DNA from: a virus
DNA length: 64,000 nt
Direction: 5' to 3' (one strand)
IMG/VR virus record: IMGVR_UViG_3300020391_000003
Location: 96,001 to 160,000 of that record
Both the position numbers and the translations under genes were made by a program. Within the stretch, counting starts at the first letter, position 1. Every line of letters begins with the position of its first letter. The notes under the pieces are model-generated. The model worked only from the letters and a program-made list of their open reading frames with translations, did not search any database and was not told where the DNA came from. Shown here in pieces: positions 1 through 8,543 of the stretch.

Positions 1-22
1 ACATAACCTAATTAAAAATAAA

Positions 23-307
23 ATGGAATTAACACAAGAAGAATATATCTTAGATCAAGTCGCAGAAATTAATCCCGATGCGATTGTGCTTGAACCTCGA
101 TCCACATTCAATCGTGCGATCATTGGAACTGATCCCGATGGTAGAATTGTTTATTCTGCTAACAAGATCATCAATGCGTTTATGGATGTAGATGGTATGA
201 CCGAAGAGGAAGCTATTGAATATTTTGAATACAATACTCTTGGAACTATTCAACCTATGGGAAGTCCAAACAAACCATTCTTTGTCTATGATGAGTTTAT
301 TTTCTAA
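23..307 (+). CDS. Conserved-looking phage hypothetical protein
   Basis: 94-aa ORF with a ...GMTEEEAIEYFEYN.. motif; first gene of a co-oriented run. Confidence 0.75.
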   Translation: MELTQEEYILDQVAEINPDAIVLEPRSTFNRAIIGTDPDGRIVYSANKIINAFMDVDGMTEEEAIEYFEYNTLGTIQPMGSPNKPFFVYDEFIF

Positions 308-554
308 ATTTTTTAGTTCGTTTAAAAAGACTCCCAAGTTATCGAAAGAGGAAATCGAAGCACTTATCGACAAGCATCAACCTATTCTTGAAAGATTGGG
401 AGATGAAATGGATTATGATGGTATGGGTGATTACGGAAGATTTCCACCGATTAAAAAACAAAAAGAAATTATCGGAGACGATTATCCAACTTATGAGCAA
501 TTAATCAAAGAATATGAATTACAAAATTCTAAGCAAAGTGCAAAAAGAAATTGA
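288..554 (+). CDS. Hypothetical protein
   Basis: Start moved to ATG 288 (MMSLFSKFF), which overlaps the upstream gene end. Confidence 0.55.
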   Translation: MMSLFSKFFSSFKKTPKLSKEEIEALIDKHQPILERLGDEMDYDGMGDYGRFPPIKKQKEIIGDDYPTYEQLIKEYELQNSKQSAKRN

Positions 555-729
555 TACAATTAAAGATATGCACAAGCATATTAAAGATTTGGAAATGGAA
601 CTTGAGTTTTTGTACGCAAGAGAACCTAACGAAATTAATTATATTATTAGCGTAGAAAAACAAGTAGACGAACTATACGAAAAACTAGAAGAACTAGAAA
701 AATATCAAGATGACAGACTCAAACAATAA
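514..729 (+). CDS. Hypothetical coiled-coil protein
   Basis: 71-aa ORF overlapping its neighbours. Confidence 0.6.
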   Translation: MNYKILSKVQKEIDTIKDMHKHIKDLEMELEFLYAREPNEINYIISVEKQVDELYEKLEELEKYQDDRLKQ

Positions 730-931
730 GCAACGAAAGAATCCTTATCAAAGACCAAAGAGATTAACAGATATTGATGATATGAGATATGATTTAGCAG
801 AAGCAGAAGCAATGAATATGAATACTGCTGATATTATAAATTTACTTATAGATGGATTTGAAGGATTAGATAATATTTCTGATCTTGAAATTGAAGAAGA
901 ATGGAATAATTTATTTGGAGATAAAGCTTGA
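710..931 (+). CDS. Hypothetical protein
   Basis: 73-aa acidic ORF in a tight gene run. Confidence 0.65.
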   Translation: MTDSNNKQRKNPYQRPKRLTDIDDMRYDLAEAEAMNMNTADIINLLIDGFEGLDNISDLEIEEEWNNLFGDKA

Positions 932-956
932 CAAGATCAACAATCTAGTTCATACT
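928..956 (+). promoter_or_regulatory. sigma70-type early promoter
   Basis: TTGACA-17 nt-CATACT just before ORF 964. Confidence 0.75.
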
Positions 957-963
957 TATAGCT

Positions 964-1194
964 ATGAAAATAACAAATCAATGGGACGAAAGTTTTGAAA
1001 TCGAGGTTGGCGATTGGGTTGGCTTTAAATGCGATATAGAACAAGAAGGCATTGTCAAGTCGATTCAAAGATCAAGACATACTTTAATTGTTGAAAACCC
1101 TCATGGTTTTCATGGAGATTATATTGGTGGAGATACAGAAGCATTACTTGCTTTTGATGATGTATGGGAAATCGCAGGATTTTTAGGTTCTTAA
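964..1194 (+). CDS. Hypothetical protein (possible SH3-like beta fold)
   Basis: 76 aa, IEVGDWVGFK..; follows a promoter. Confidence 0.7.
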   Translation: MKITNQWDESFEIEVGDWVGFKCDIEQEGIVKSIQRSRHTLIVENPHGFHGDYIGGDTEALLAFDDVWEIAGFLGS

Positions 1195-1195
1195 T

Positions 1196-1399
1196 ATGAA
1201 ATTAACGAAATATCAAAAAGATAGACTGCTTGAGCATGATTGGGATTTATATACAACCGATGATGGCGAGCAGAATTGTGCATGGATCAGCATTGCTCCC
1301 GAAGATGGTAGAATCTTTGGAGAAGTAGTCGAACAATTAGGCTTGACAGGAGAAGGTGAAGATGTTAAATTATTAATTGTTGCAACTGCTGAAGATTAA
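1196..1399 (+). CDS. Hypothetical protein
   Basis: 67 aa, abuts its neighbours (TAATG overlap). Confidence 0.7.
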   Translation: MKLTKYQKDRLLEHDWDLYTTDDGEQNCAWISIAPEDGRIFGEVVEQLGLTGEGEDVKLLIVATAED

Positions 1400-1713
1400 T
1401 GAAATTAAGAAATGCTATTGACATTGTTTTAAATGAAGCAGAATCTTCTGCTCTTGGAGAGAACAATCAAGAGACAATCAAAGCAGTAACTTTATTGCAT
1501 GATTTTTTAGAGTGGGTTGCAGATGACATCAAGATTTGGGATGAAATGACAAACGATGGATTTATTCTTGAACACTTTTATAATGACGCTAATAAAATGA
1601 AAGATTTTGAGTTATTAAGCAAAGAAGAATTTTTAAAGCAACATCCTTTTGTAAAAGAAAAAGAATATAATTTAACTAGATTGAAACAAAAAGAACAAGG
1701 AGATATAAAATGA
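1399..1713 (+). CDS. Hypothetical protein
   Basis: 104 aa, ATGA overlap with the next gene. Confidence 0.7.
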   Translation: MKLRNAIDIVLNEAESSALGENNQETIKAVTLLHDFLEWVADDIKIWDEMTNDGFILEHFYNDANKMKDFELLSKEEFLKQHPFVKEKEYNLTRLKQKEQGDIK

Positions 1714-2303
1714 ATAATTATTTTAATAACGCACAAGTAAATTGGAATACATGGACTCCACAAGATATTATTTTCAAAAGCAATAATATTGTAAAGCAGT
1801 TAATTCCACAAGAAAATGTATTAAGTTACAAGAGTAAGAGTGATCGTGATGTGCAAATGTGCAAACTCACTAATGGCAAAGCATATCACAATAACTATTC
1901 AAACGCAACATATTATAGTCGTGACAACTATCGTGCAGTTCATGTATGGCTTAAAGATGTTAAGTCAGAGTATCCAACTGCCAATGTTGATTTTATTGAT
2001 TACACAAATAGAACAGATAGCGTTGGTAATGCAAAAGCTTGTATTGATGTCTTGATATACATTCAATCTTTTCATCAACCTTGGGAATGGAAACGAGATC
2101 AAAACGGCAATTACATCAAAGTAAACAATGCTAATCCTAGTCCACTTGAAGAAGGTTACAGAATTTGTTATGGTGGACAAGGAGACTCAAACCCTCTTAG
2201 TCATTCCGAGTTTCAAGAAGTCTTGGATATAACTGAATCGGTTCGTAGATTTCTATTTGAAATGCTGATTCCATATCGCAACGGAGAACTGCTTGTAGCA
2301 TGA
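1710..2303 (+). CDS. Hypothetical protein
   Basis: 197-aa ORF coupled at both ends. Confidence 0.8.
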   Translation: MNNYFNNAQVNWNTWTPQDIIFKSNNIVKQLIPQENVLSYKSKSDRDVQMCKLTNGKAYHNNYSNATYYSRDNYRAVHVWLKDVKSEYPTANVDFIDYTNRTDSVGNAKACIDVLIYIQSFHQPWEWKRDQNGNYIKVNNANPSPLEEGYRICYGGQGDSNPLSHSEFQEVLDITESVRRFLFEMLIPYRNGELLVA

Positions 2304-2398
2304 TCGAGGTATTTAATATTATAAATCTTTTGCTTGGATTAACTATGTGCGTTGTTGCATTTGGATTCGTGATTGTTTACTTGAGCGAAGAAGAATAA
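2300..2398 (+). CDS. 32-aa single-TM micropeptide (MIEVFNIINLLLGLTMCVVAFGFVIVYLSEEE)
   Basis: Hand-translated; ATGA overlap with the upstream stop; hydrophobic helix plus acidic tail. Confidence 0.55.
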   Translation: MIEVFNIINLLLGLTMCVVAFGFVIVYLSEEE

Positions 2399-2401
2399 GC
2401 C

Positions 2402-2430
2402 TTGACACATTGAAAAAATTTCAGTATAAT
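2402..2430 (+). promoter_or_regulatory. sigma70-type early promoter
   Basis: Perfect TTGACA-17 nt-TATAAT. Confidence 0.8.
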
Positions 2431-2585
2431 ATATCTTATCAATTAGGAGAAGAGAATAAAGAAATTGGATTTCATTCAAAAGCAAACATGATTGACTACT
2501 TAAATAAAAACAAAAATTATTTAAATAAACTAAATCATGTATATTTGAACTTTAAAACTATCAAACTATCAATTAAACAATCAAC

Positions 2586-2807
2586 ATGGAAAACAAAATA
2601 ACTAAAGAAGAATTATTGTTGAATCAAATTATTGATTCTTGTAATCAGATTATTGATAATCTTTCGTTGGGTGCAAGAACAACTCAAGCAGATTACAATT
2701 CTCTTGGATATATTTATAGCGGAATTACCGCATTGCAAAATAGAATTTATACTGACTTGGATAATCAAATTACTCAAGATGTACAGAACTCAAAGTACAA
2801 TGTTTAA
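2586..2807 (+). CDS. Hypothetical protein
   Basis: 73-aa ORF. Confidence 0.65.
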   Translation: MENKITKEELLLNQIIDSCNQIIDNLSLGARTTQADYNSLGYIYSGITALQNRIYTDLDNQITQDVQNSKYNV

Positions 2808-2931
2808 TAAATTATTTTTTTTGATTACTACATTATTACCTTTCGGATGCTCTAGCAAGCAGTTTGCTTTCAACGATTGCTATTGCGTAGAAACATCCAT
2901 CAACTGCGAAATCTGCAAACCCATAAACTAA
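2800..2931 (+). CDS. Small putative lipoprotein (43 aa)
   Basis: MFNKLFFLITTLLPFGC: signal peptide with lipobox-like end, Cys-rich tail. Confidence 0.45.
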   Translation: MFNKLFFLITTLLPFGCSSKQFAFNDCYCVETSINCEICKPIN

Positions 2932-3096
2932 ATGCAAGAAATAATAAATAAAATATACGAAAGAATGGAATTTTGTGCAAATGCACATACAAACGATCAA
3001 GCCGAAGAACAAGCATATATTCTTGAAATAACTTGCTTGAACGAAATCTTAGATCAAATAGAAACTTTTCCTTGGGAAAGCGAAGAAGTTAATTGA
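2932..3096 (+). CDS. Hypothetical protein (54 aa)
   Basis: Hand-translated MQEIINKIYERMEF..; abuts the previous stop. Confidence 0.55.
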   Translation: MQEIINKIYERMEFCANAHTNDQAEEQAYILEITCLNEILDQIETFPWESEEVN

Positions 3097-3118
3097 ATCA
3101 AAAAAACTATAAAATAAC

Positions 3119-3301
3119 ATGAGCAAGAAGGCAACAAAAAAAGGAGTAACAACCAAAGAACAAAGCTACAAACTTCACATGGTTTGCAAGAAGACATCTC
3201 ACACAGGAGCAAAACCACTTGTACCTCACATTAGCAATCCTAATGTTATGGTAACACAAAAGGTTCGGGATGCACAAGAACGCAACAGAAAAACGCAATA
3301 A
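3119..3301 (+). CDS. Hypothetical basic protein
   Basis: 60-aa ORF. Confidence 0.6.
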   Translation: MSKKATKKGVTTKEQSYKLHMVCKKTSHTGAKPLVPHISNPNVMVTQKVRDAQERNRKTQ

Positions 3302-3473
3302 TTTTTTTCTGCAATTAACAGAGCGTTGGCAAGATGGTCAGTATTTGGAAGTTGCAGATTATGTTGCTCATCACGAAATATTTAGCGAACGATCTAACCT
3401 CATAGATTTTTGCGTTTACTTATCTAAGCATCTAGGACTCAAAGAGTTAAGAGTGCTACAAAAATTAATTTAA
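3270..3473 (+). CDS. Hypothetical protein
   Basis: 67-aa ORF; start uncertain. Confidence 0.55.
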   Translation: MHKNATEKRNNFFLQLTERWQDGQYLEVADYVAHHEIFSERSNLIDFCVYLSKHLGLKELRVLQKLI

Positions 3474-3480
3474 AAAAGCC

Positions 3481-3509
3481 TTGACAGGCAATCCAAAATT
3501 TAGTATTAT
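3481..3509 (+). promoter_or_regulatory. sigma70-type promoter of the ligase gene
   Basis: TTGACA-17 nt-TATTAT. Confidence 0.75.
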
Positions 3510-3515
3510 ATACTT

Positions 3516-4709
3516 ATGACGAAAAAATTGCAAACACTCTACAAAGTAGATACCAAAGGAAAACTGCGTGAATGGACTATGCACATTGATGGCAATTCAT
3601 TTTATGCAGTCAAGGGTCTTGTCGATGGCAAGAAAACTCAAGACAAAGCTACAACCACAATCGCTAAGAATGTTGGGCGAAGCAATGAAACTACTCCCGA
3701 AGCTCAAGCAGAGTTACAAGCTCAAGCCAAGTTCCAAAAGAAATTGGATAGTGGATATGCTCTTAACGAGATAGATGCACAAGAAAAAAAGTTTTATGAG
3801 CCTATGCTTGCACACAACTTTAAAGATCGTAAGCACGAATTGAAGTATCCTATTTACTCGCAACCAAAACTAGATGGTATTCGTTGCATCGTTCGCAAAG
3901 AAGGTGATACGCTTGTAGGAAGAACTCGCAATGGTAAAGAGATAGAATGTATTCCTCACATTCTTTCAAGCCTAAATAGCTTTTTTCTCGCTCATCCAAA
4001 GGCTATTCTCGATGGAGAATTGTACAACCATGATCTAAGAGACAACTTCAATAAAATTACTTCACTTGTTCGCAAGCAAAAACCTGTTAAATCAGATAAG
4101 ATGACAGACAATGCTTATGCAAAAAAAGTAAAAGAATATCAAGAAAGACTCGCAGAAGCAGAAGAGACAATTCAATATCATGTATATGATGTTCCTTATC
4201 TTCACGATTCATGCACAGAAAAAACTTCATTCGATATGCGTTTTACTGAACTAAAAAATTCATTGAATATTGGTATTGTTATTCACCGCAATGTAACATT
4301 AGTTGAAACTAGTGAAGTGTTTAATGAAAGTGATCTTGACAATTTGTATGGTCAGTATCTTGATCTAGGATACGAAGGTCAAATGGTTCGCAAAGATGAA
4401 GCATACGAAAACAAACGAAGCACAACTTTGCTCAAGCGTAAAGAGTTTATTGATTCCGAATATCGAGTGATTGACATTGATGTAGGCAATGGTAATCGTA
4501 GTGGTACTGCAAAGCATCTTGTATGCTACTGCGACAAGACCAAGCAAACATTCAATTCAAACATCAAAGGTTCATTTGATTACCTCAAAGAAGTTTATGA
4601 TAATCGCAAAGATTATATTGGTCAGTTGGCTACAATCAAGTATTTCCAACTTACTCCCGATGGAATTCCACGCTTTCCGTATGCAATAAGTTTCAGAAAC
4701 TACGAGTAA
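3516..4709 (+). CDS. lig: ATP-dependent DNA ligase
   Basis: Adenylation motif QPKLDGIR, ILDGELY, GYEGQMVR, LLKRK, C-terminal OB fold GIPRFP. Confidence 0.95.
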   Translation: MTKKLQTLYKVDTKGKLREWTMHIDGNSFYAVKGLVDGKKTQDKATTTIAKNVGRSNETTPEAQAELQAQAKFQKKLDSGYALNEIDAQEKKFYEPMLAHNFKDRKHELKYPIYSQPKLDGIRCIVRKEGDTLVGRTRNGKEIECIPHILSSLNSFFLAHPKAILDGELYNHDLRDNFNKITSLVRKQKPVKSDKMTDNAYAKKVKEYQERLAEAEETIQYHVYDVPYLHDSCTEKTSFDMRFTELKNSLNIGIVIHRNVTLVETSEVFNESDLDNLYGQYLDLGYEGQMVRKDEAYENKRSTTLLKRKEFIDSEYRVIDIDVGNGNRSGTAKHLVCYCDKTKQTFNSNIKGSFDYLKEVYDNRKDYIGQLATIKYFQLTPDGIPRFPYAISFRNYE

Positions 4710-4826
4710 ACATATACTCTAACATACAACACAACATATTAATATCTTTATATTCACTATACAAGACAATACAAAGCAAAATATAAGTAATAACATTGTT
4801 TTCTGTAATAATAAATAAAATATTGT

Positions 4827-4861
4827 GTGGTTTAATGTGGGTTAAAATGGTGAATAGTGGA
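4827..4861 (+). promoter_or_regulatory. Four (G/A)TGG boxes at exact 10-bp period (MraZ-box-like array)
   Basis: GTGG 4827, GTGG 4837, ATGG 4847, GTGG 4857 in AT-rich intergenic DNA. Confidence 0.55.
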
Positions 4862-5214
4862 GTGCGAGACTTAAATATATAAAATAATTGATTAGATTAT
4901 AAATTAAAAACAAATAATATTTCGAGCTTGAAAATAAAAAAAAATTAAATAAAATAAATAATAAGCACTAATTAAATGAAAAAATTACTAAAGTTATCGA
5001 CACAAATAACAAGACAATTACAAAAAATTTATTATAAAATACGGCGAATTACAAAAGTTTTTTTGTCAAATAAAAGCGAAAATAAACAAATTGAATTTGA
5101 GTTTAATGAGCATGGTCGAGATTCTTACGGATTTCCAAACTTTTTCAAAAGAAAATAAAATAAGTCAATTCTTTACATTAATTTACAAAATTTTTAAGTT
5201 TTTTTAATTTATTC

Positions 5215-5243
5215 TTGACATCGTGTTTAATGTATTGTATACT
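5215..5243 (+). promoter_or_regulatory. sigma70-type early promoter
   Basis: TTGACA-17 nt-TATACT with extended TG. Confidence 0.75.
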
Positions 5244-5255
5244 ATGTAACATATT

Positions 5256-5423
5256 ATGAGTGAAGAAACACAACAAAATCAAGAAAGCGTATCTGTTCCA
5301 CCGCCACTAACAGACGAACAGAAGATAGAAATGCTTAAAAACATGATCGAAACTGCTCCAAGCGAGGAGATTCGCAAGCAAGTAGAAAAAGCTTTACAAC
5401 AACAACAACAAAATAATACTTGA
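5256..5423 (+). CDS. Hypothetical protein (55 aa)
   Basis: Hand-translated MSEETQQNQES..; directly after a promoter. Confidence 0.65.
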   Translation: MSEETQQNQESVSVPPPLTDEQKIEMLKNMIETAPSEEIRKQVEKALQQQQQNNT

Positions 5424-5434
5424 TACAATAAAAA

Positions 5435-5635
5435 ATGGATGAATTGCAAAAAATAAGTGCCGAAATAATAAATATATTTAATAATAAGGTAGAATCACTA
5501 TCAGAAGAACAAGCAGAAGTATTAAATTTGCACAATAATAGTATGAATTTTTATATTCAATTGGGTGATCGACAAAAAGCCATGTGGGAAGCACAACAAA
5601 CACTAAAATATTTAATCCAAATAACTCATGATTGA
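5435..5635 (+). CDS. Hypothetical protein
   Basis: 66-aa ORF. Confidence 0.6.
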   Translation: MDELQKISAEIINIFNNKVESLSEEQAEVLNLHNNSMNFYIQLGDRQKAMWEAQQTLKYLIQITHD

Positions 5636-5849
5636 TGATCTTGATCCTAGTGCCGAAGAAGTATTACAACTTACTCTTGAAATATTACATTTAATTGAAA
5701 CTAAAGCTAGTTTGATTAGTGATGATGAGATGAATGAAGTGCTTATGTCTAATGAATCAATACAATTCTTTATTGAACAAGATGATACCGACAGGGCACT
5801 GCTTGAAGCCCGCAATCTAAAAAAATATTTAATGCGATTAGGCACATAA
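5628..5849 (+). CDS. Hypothetical protein
   Basis: 73-aa ORF overlapping the previous one. Confidence 0.65.
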   Translation: MIDDLDPSAEEVLQLTLEILHLIETKASLISDDEMNEVLMSNESIQFFIEQDDTDRALLEARNLKKYLMRLGT

Positions 5850-5984
5850 TAATATTGCATCATATAAAAAGCAATAATACAATCTTTTATCTTATACAAT
5901 ACATAATACTAAATAAACAATCTAATTGCAGGATATAAAAAGCAAAATATATCAATTCAAATAAACATTTAATTATAAAAAATT

Positions 5985-6134
5985 ATGAAGCAAATAAACA
6001 CAAATAAGTATTTGGTTGGCAAAAAGAAGTTGGGCAAAGGCAAAGTCGGAGCTAGAGGTGGAGTTGGTGTTCCAACAGGAGCTTTCGGAGGAAAATCCAA
6101 GTTCAACAAGAAAAAGCTTGACAAGTCTGAGTAA
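5985..6134 (+). CDS. Small Lys/Gly-rich basic protein (49 aa)
   Basis: Hand-translated MKQINTNKYLVGKKKLGKGKVGARGG.. Confidence 0.55.
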   Translation: MKQINTNKYLVGKKKLGKGKVGARGGVGVPTGAFGGKSKFNKKKLDKSE

Positions 6135-6145
6135 TCTGTCATAAT
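6118..6145 (+). promoter_or_regulatory. Early promoter, extended -10 class
   Basis: TTGACA-16 nt-CATAAT with TCTGT before the -10; same TCTGTCATAAT at 7808, 11099, 12082. Confidence 0.7.
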
Positions 6146-6183
6146 AGAGTACATCAACCATTAATTGCTAACGAAAGGAAATT

Positions 6184-6405
6184 ATGAGCATTGCAAAAAA
6201 CGCACGAGCAAGTCAAGTTATGAACGACATACAGAGTGGCAAACACACGCCCATCAATAAAAGAGGTAAGTTTGCAAATTTCGGTTCAATCGCAGAAGAT
6301 AGTATTTATTATCACACAATGCTTGCAGATCAAGCTGATGCAAAACAAAAAGCTAAAGCTCAACAAGCTAAAGCAAGACTTAGATTAAAAGGAATTATTG
6401 TTTAA
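6184..6405 (+). CDS. Hypothetical protein
   Basis: 73 aa; SD-like GAAAGGA upstream. Confidence 0.7.
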   Translation: MSIAKNARASQVMNDIQSGKHTPINKRGKFANFGSIAEDSIYYHTMLADQADAKQKAKAQQAKARLRLKGIIV

Positions 6406-6407
6406 TT

Positions 6408-6680
6408 ATGCACCCAAAAGTAGAACAACCTGTTGGTTCGTATACCGAATTTGAAAAGCTTGCCTGGATAAGCACCAAAGCAATTCCTGCCATAGGAAGT
6501 AAGCTGAATGTAAAAATTAATGGAATTGGCGAATCTATTGTTAAGAAGTATTTCGTAGAGTATGGCTTTATTGGGATGCTTGTTACTCCTCAGAATCCAC
6601 CTGCTTGGTACATCAAGCAAAACGGAAAAGGTGCTGATTGCCATGTTTATCCTGCTGAATGTGAAGAGCTAAGAGGATGA
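6408..6680 (+). CDS. Hypothetical protein
   Basis: 90-aa ORF. Confidence 0.7.
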   Translation: MHPKVEQPVGSYTEFEKLAWISTKAIPAIGSKLNVKINGIGESIVKKYFVEYGFIGMLVTPQNPPAWYIKQNGKGADCHVYPAECEELRG

Positions 6681-6686
6681 TTAACA

Positions 6687-6893
6687 ATGGACTGGATAGT
6701 TAGAACATACGACGAGCAAGACAATCAAATCTCGTCCTTTATTATACAGAATAGAACAGAGTCTCAGGCAGAGCGTGAGGCGATGCACGATACAGAAGTT
6801 AGATCCGCCGAAGATTGGAGTATGGAGGAATACAATGGAATGATTAACCCATCAGATAAAAGCAAAATAAATAAAAAAACTCTTGACAAATAA
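6687..6893 (+). CDS. Hypothetical protein
   Basis: 68-aa ORF. Confidence 0.65.
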   Translation: MDWIVRTYDEQDNQISSFIIQNRTESQAEREAMHDTEVRSAEDWSMEEYNGMINPSDKSKINKKTLDK

Positions 6894-6911
6894 TAAATAA
6901 TAGAGTATAAT
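6883..6911 (+). promoter_or_regulatory. Consensus sigma70 promoter driving the ncRNA locus
   Basis: TTGACA-17 nt-TATAAT. Confidence 0.8.
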
Positions 6912-6921
6912 AGATACATAA

Positions 6922-6967
6922 ATTTGAGAACAAAACTCAAATAAATAAAATAAATTGATCTTTAACA
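6922..6967 (+). promoter_or_regulatory. rrn-like boxB/boxA antitermination signal
   Basis: Hairpin ATTTGAG-AACAAAA-CTCAAAT, then TGATCTTTAACA (one mismatch to E. coli rrn boxA TGCTCTTTAACA). Confidence 0.5.
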
Positions 6968-6980
6968 TTTTAAACACTTT

Positions 6981-7186
6981 GGAAGGGCTTATAATCCTTC
7001 CTGTGGGTGACTGAGCAAGCCTGTGATGAGCGGGCTAAGGTACGCAGATTCCTTGTGGTGAGGTAGCAGAGTCCAATCGGATGAGCTGATGACGAATACC
7101 AAGTCTAATTTGTGGTGCGAAGTAGGAAACACTTGAACTGATGTTCATCCCGAAAAGTCGAGGGTATACAGTAATCCCTTCCCACA
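6981..7186 (+). ncRNA. Candidate structured ncRNA of about 200 nt, family unknown
   Basis: GC-rich non-coding island between a promoter and a terminator; 5'/3' complementarity (GGAAGGG/CCCTTCC, TGTGGG/CCCACA) and several internal hairpins. Confidence 0.65.
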
Positions 7187-7234
7187 CTAATTTTCTTAAT
7201 CATACAATCCCTAACCCTGTCCAAGACAAAGAAG

Positions 7235-7257
7235 AACCTCTTGGATGGGGTTTTTTT
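7235..7257 (+). terminator. Intrinsic terminator
   Basis: AACCTC-ttggat-GGGGTT plus T-run. Confidence 0.6.
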
Positions 7258-7259
7258 GT

Positions 7260-7288
7260 TTGACAGTCGCATCAAAACCTGGCATAAT
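7260..7288 (+). promoter_or_regulatory. sigma70-type early promoter
   Basis: TTGACA-17 nt-CATAAT. Confidence 0.75.
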
Positions 7289-7295
7289 TATAATC

Positions 7296-7550
7296 ATGAA
7301 CACATTATTACAAATCTTCACGAATTGGGGTTACATTACCGATTCACAACTCAAAGAACTTGTTGAATACTTTCCGCACACGAAAGTGGTTATTCAATGG
7401 GGCAGAATGAAACGCGAGCGTCTTCCAGCATGGGAAGCAATTGAACGCATGGAAAAAGTAGAAGCAGAGGACATTGATTATGTTCGTTCTGTCTTTTTTA
7501 CTTCTCAGGACATGGACAAGCTCAGAGAAGTATTTCACATTGTTCATTAA
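7296..7550 (+). CDS. Hypothetical protein
   Basis: Start moved to ATG 7296 (MNTLLQIF), after the promoter. Confidence 0.7.
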   Translation: MNTLLQIFTNWGYITDSQLKELVEYFPHTKVVIQWGRMKRERLPAWEAIERMEKVEAEDIDYVRSVFFTSQDMDKLREVFHIVH

Positions 7551-7624
7551 TGGAAATCTCAATCATAATAATAATCAGTTTTACAATAGGTATGATAAGA
7601 GCAATAACAGATAATAAACAATAA
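7550..7624 (+). CDS. 24-aa hydrophobic micropeptide MEISIIIIISFTIGMIRAITDNKQ
   Basis: TAATG coupling; paralogue at 13180-13254 with synonymous divergence. Confidence 0.7.
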   Translation: MEISIIIIISFTIGMIRAITDNKQ

Positions 7625-7730
7625 AATAATAAAAGACAAATACTTAAATACTAAATAATCAAGTTCAAATAATTAAATAAAAATTTAAAGTAAATTGCGT
7701 TCAATAGAATAAGTTAATTGAACGAAAAGT

Positions 7731-7769
7731 TTTGTGCAGCTCGGCCCCCCCTGCAATCGTATTGTGCAA
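7731..7769 (+). repeat. G/C-palindrome + ATTGTGCAA element, copy A
   Basis: GGCCCCCCC then TGCAATCGTATTGTGCAA; promoter TTGACA at 7791. Confidence 0.7.
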
Positions 7770-7824
7770 GAAATTAAATGAATTGTTTTCTTGACATTCA
7801 CATCAATTCTGTCATAATGAAGTA

Positions 7825-8262
7825 ATGATTAAGCGAGACTCCCGATACAAGATAAACTTCAACAAAAAAGTCTTTGTTTACAAAAACCTTCACAAAAACT
7901 GTTGGAGCGTAAAGCAAAGCGGATTAGTCAAAGCTCACGCTCTCGAATTGAATCTTTATGATTGCGTTCTCAAGGTCAGCAAAGCGGGTCAGCAAAGAGT
8001 GCGTAATGAAAAGTGTAAAAATGTTCATGCAGGTGTTAGCGGTTATCTTGAACCATACCACTTAGGATTGTCACACGAAGCAGAACTGAATGATGAAGCA
8101 AGAACATTTCAACGAGCTTGGGAAGGTTTACCAAATTCGCAGATGAGAGAGATTACTTACAATCCTTACAAGTATGACTCATTCGTTCATGCAGATGATC
8201 AAACTCCTCGTTGGTTTGGGTCTTTTGTAAGATTATTAGAAAATCAAGTATTTATTGCTTGA
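7825..8262 (+). CDS. Conserved phage hypothetical protein
   Basis: VYKNLHKNCWSV..KNVHAGVSG..ITYNPYKYDSFV motifs recalled from phage proteins. Confidence 0.8.
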   Translation: MIKRDSRYKINFNKKVFVYKNLHKNCWSVKQSGLVKAHALELNLYDCVLKVSKAGQQRVRNEKCKNVHAGVSGYLEPYHLGLSHEAELNDEARTFQRAWEGLPNSQMREITYNPYKYDSFVHADDQTPRWFGSFVRLLENQVFIA

Positions 8263-8293
8263 CTCAAACACCCCCAAATGATAGGATACATTT

Positions 8294-8527
8294 ATGACAC
8301 AATCACAAATTAGAGAAATGATTATTCAACTCACGAAGGGTAATCTCGCATGGGCAGATCCAATGTCTAAAGTTTGCCTTGATCAACACGAACTTCATCC
8401 CAAAAAGTTTCCGCTTGGCAGTACTTTTCAGTCAGCAGAAGAAGTTTTGGATGACATCATTTCAGACTTGACATCTTTCAGAGATGAGCTTAGAATAGAA
8501 TCATCTTTTCAATCAGCACAATTGTAA
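8294..8527 (+). CDS. Hypothetical protein
   Basis: 77-aa ORF. Confidence 0.7.
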   Translation: MTQSQIREMIIQLTKGNLAWADPMSKVCLDQHELHPKKFPLGSTFQSAEEVLDDIISDLTSFRDELRIESSFQSAQL

Positions 8528-8543
8528 ACAAAAGGAAAAAATT

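Noticed and set aside
4976-5158. 60-aa K/I-rich ORF
   Set aside because: Low-complexity AT-rich sequence with no clear promoter or SD; probably spurious, though it cannot be excluded.
7085-7130. Hammerhead ribozyme (CTGATGA present)
   Set aside because: The required C-GAAA after stem II is absent (CGAAG), and I could not build stems I and III with an NUH cleavage site.
6981-7190. Assignment of the ncRNA to tmRNA, RNase P, SRP or tRNA
   Set aside because: Only fragments resemble them: GAGG..AGTCC, AGCAG and an ADDEY frame. There is no TTCRA T-loop, no CCA end, no RNase P CR-V and no GNRA-capped SRP helix 8. Left unassigned.
7209-7218. Telomere-like CCCTAACCCT
   Set aside because: Fewer than two full units, so consistent with chance; the related tract at 18011-18035 is noted only as part of the divergence element.
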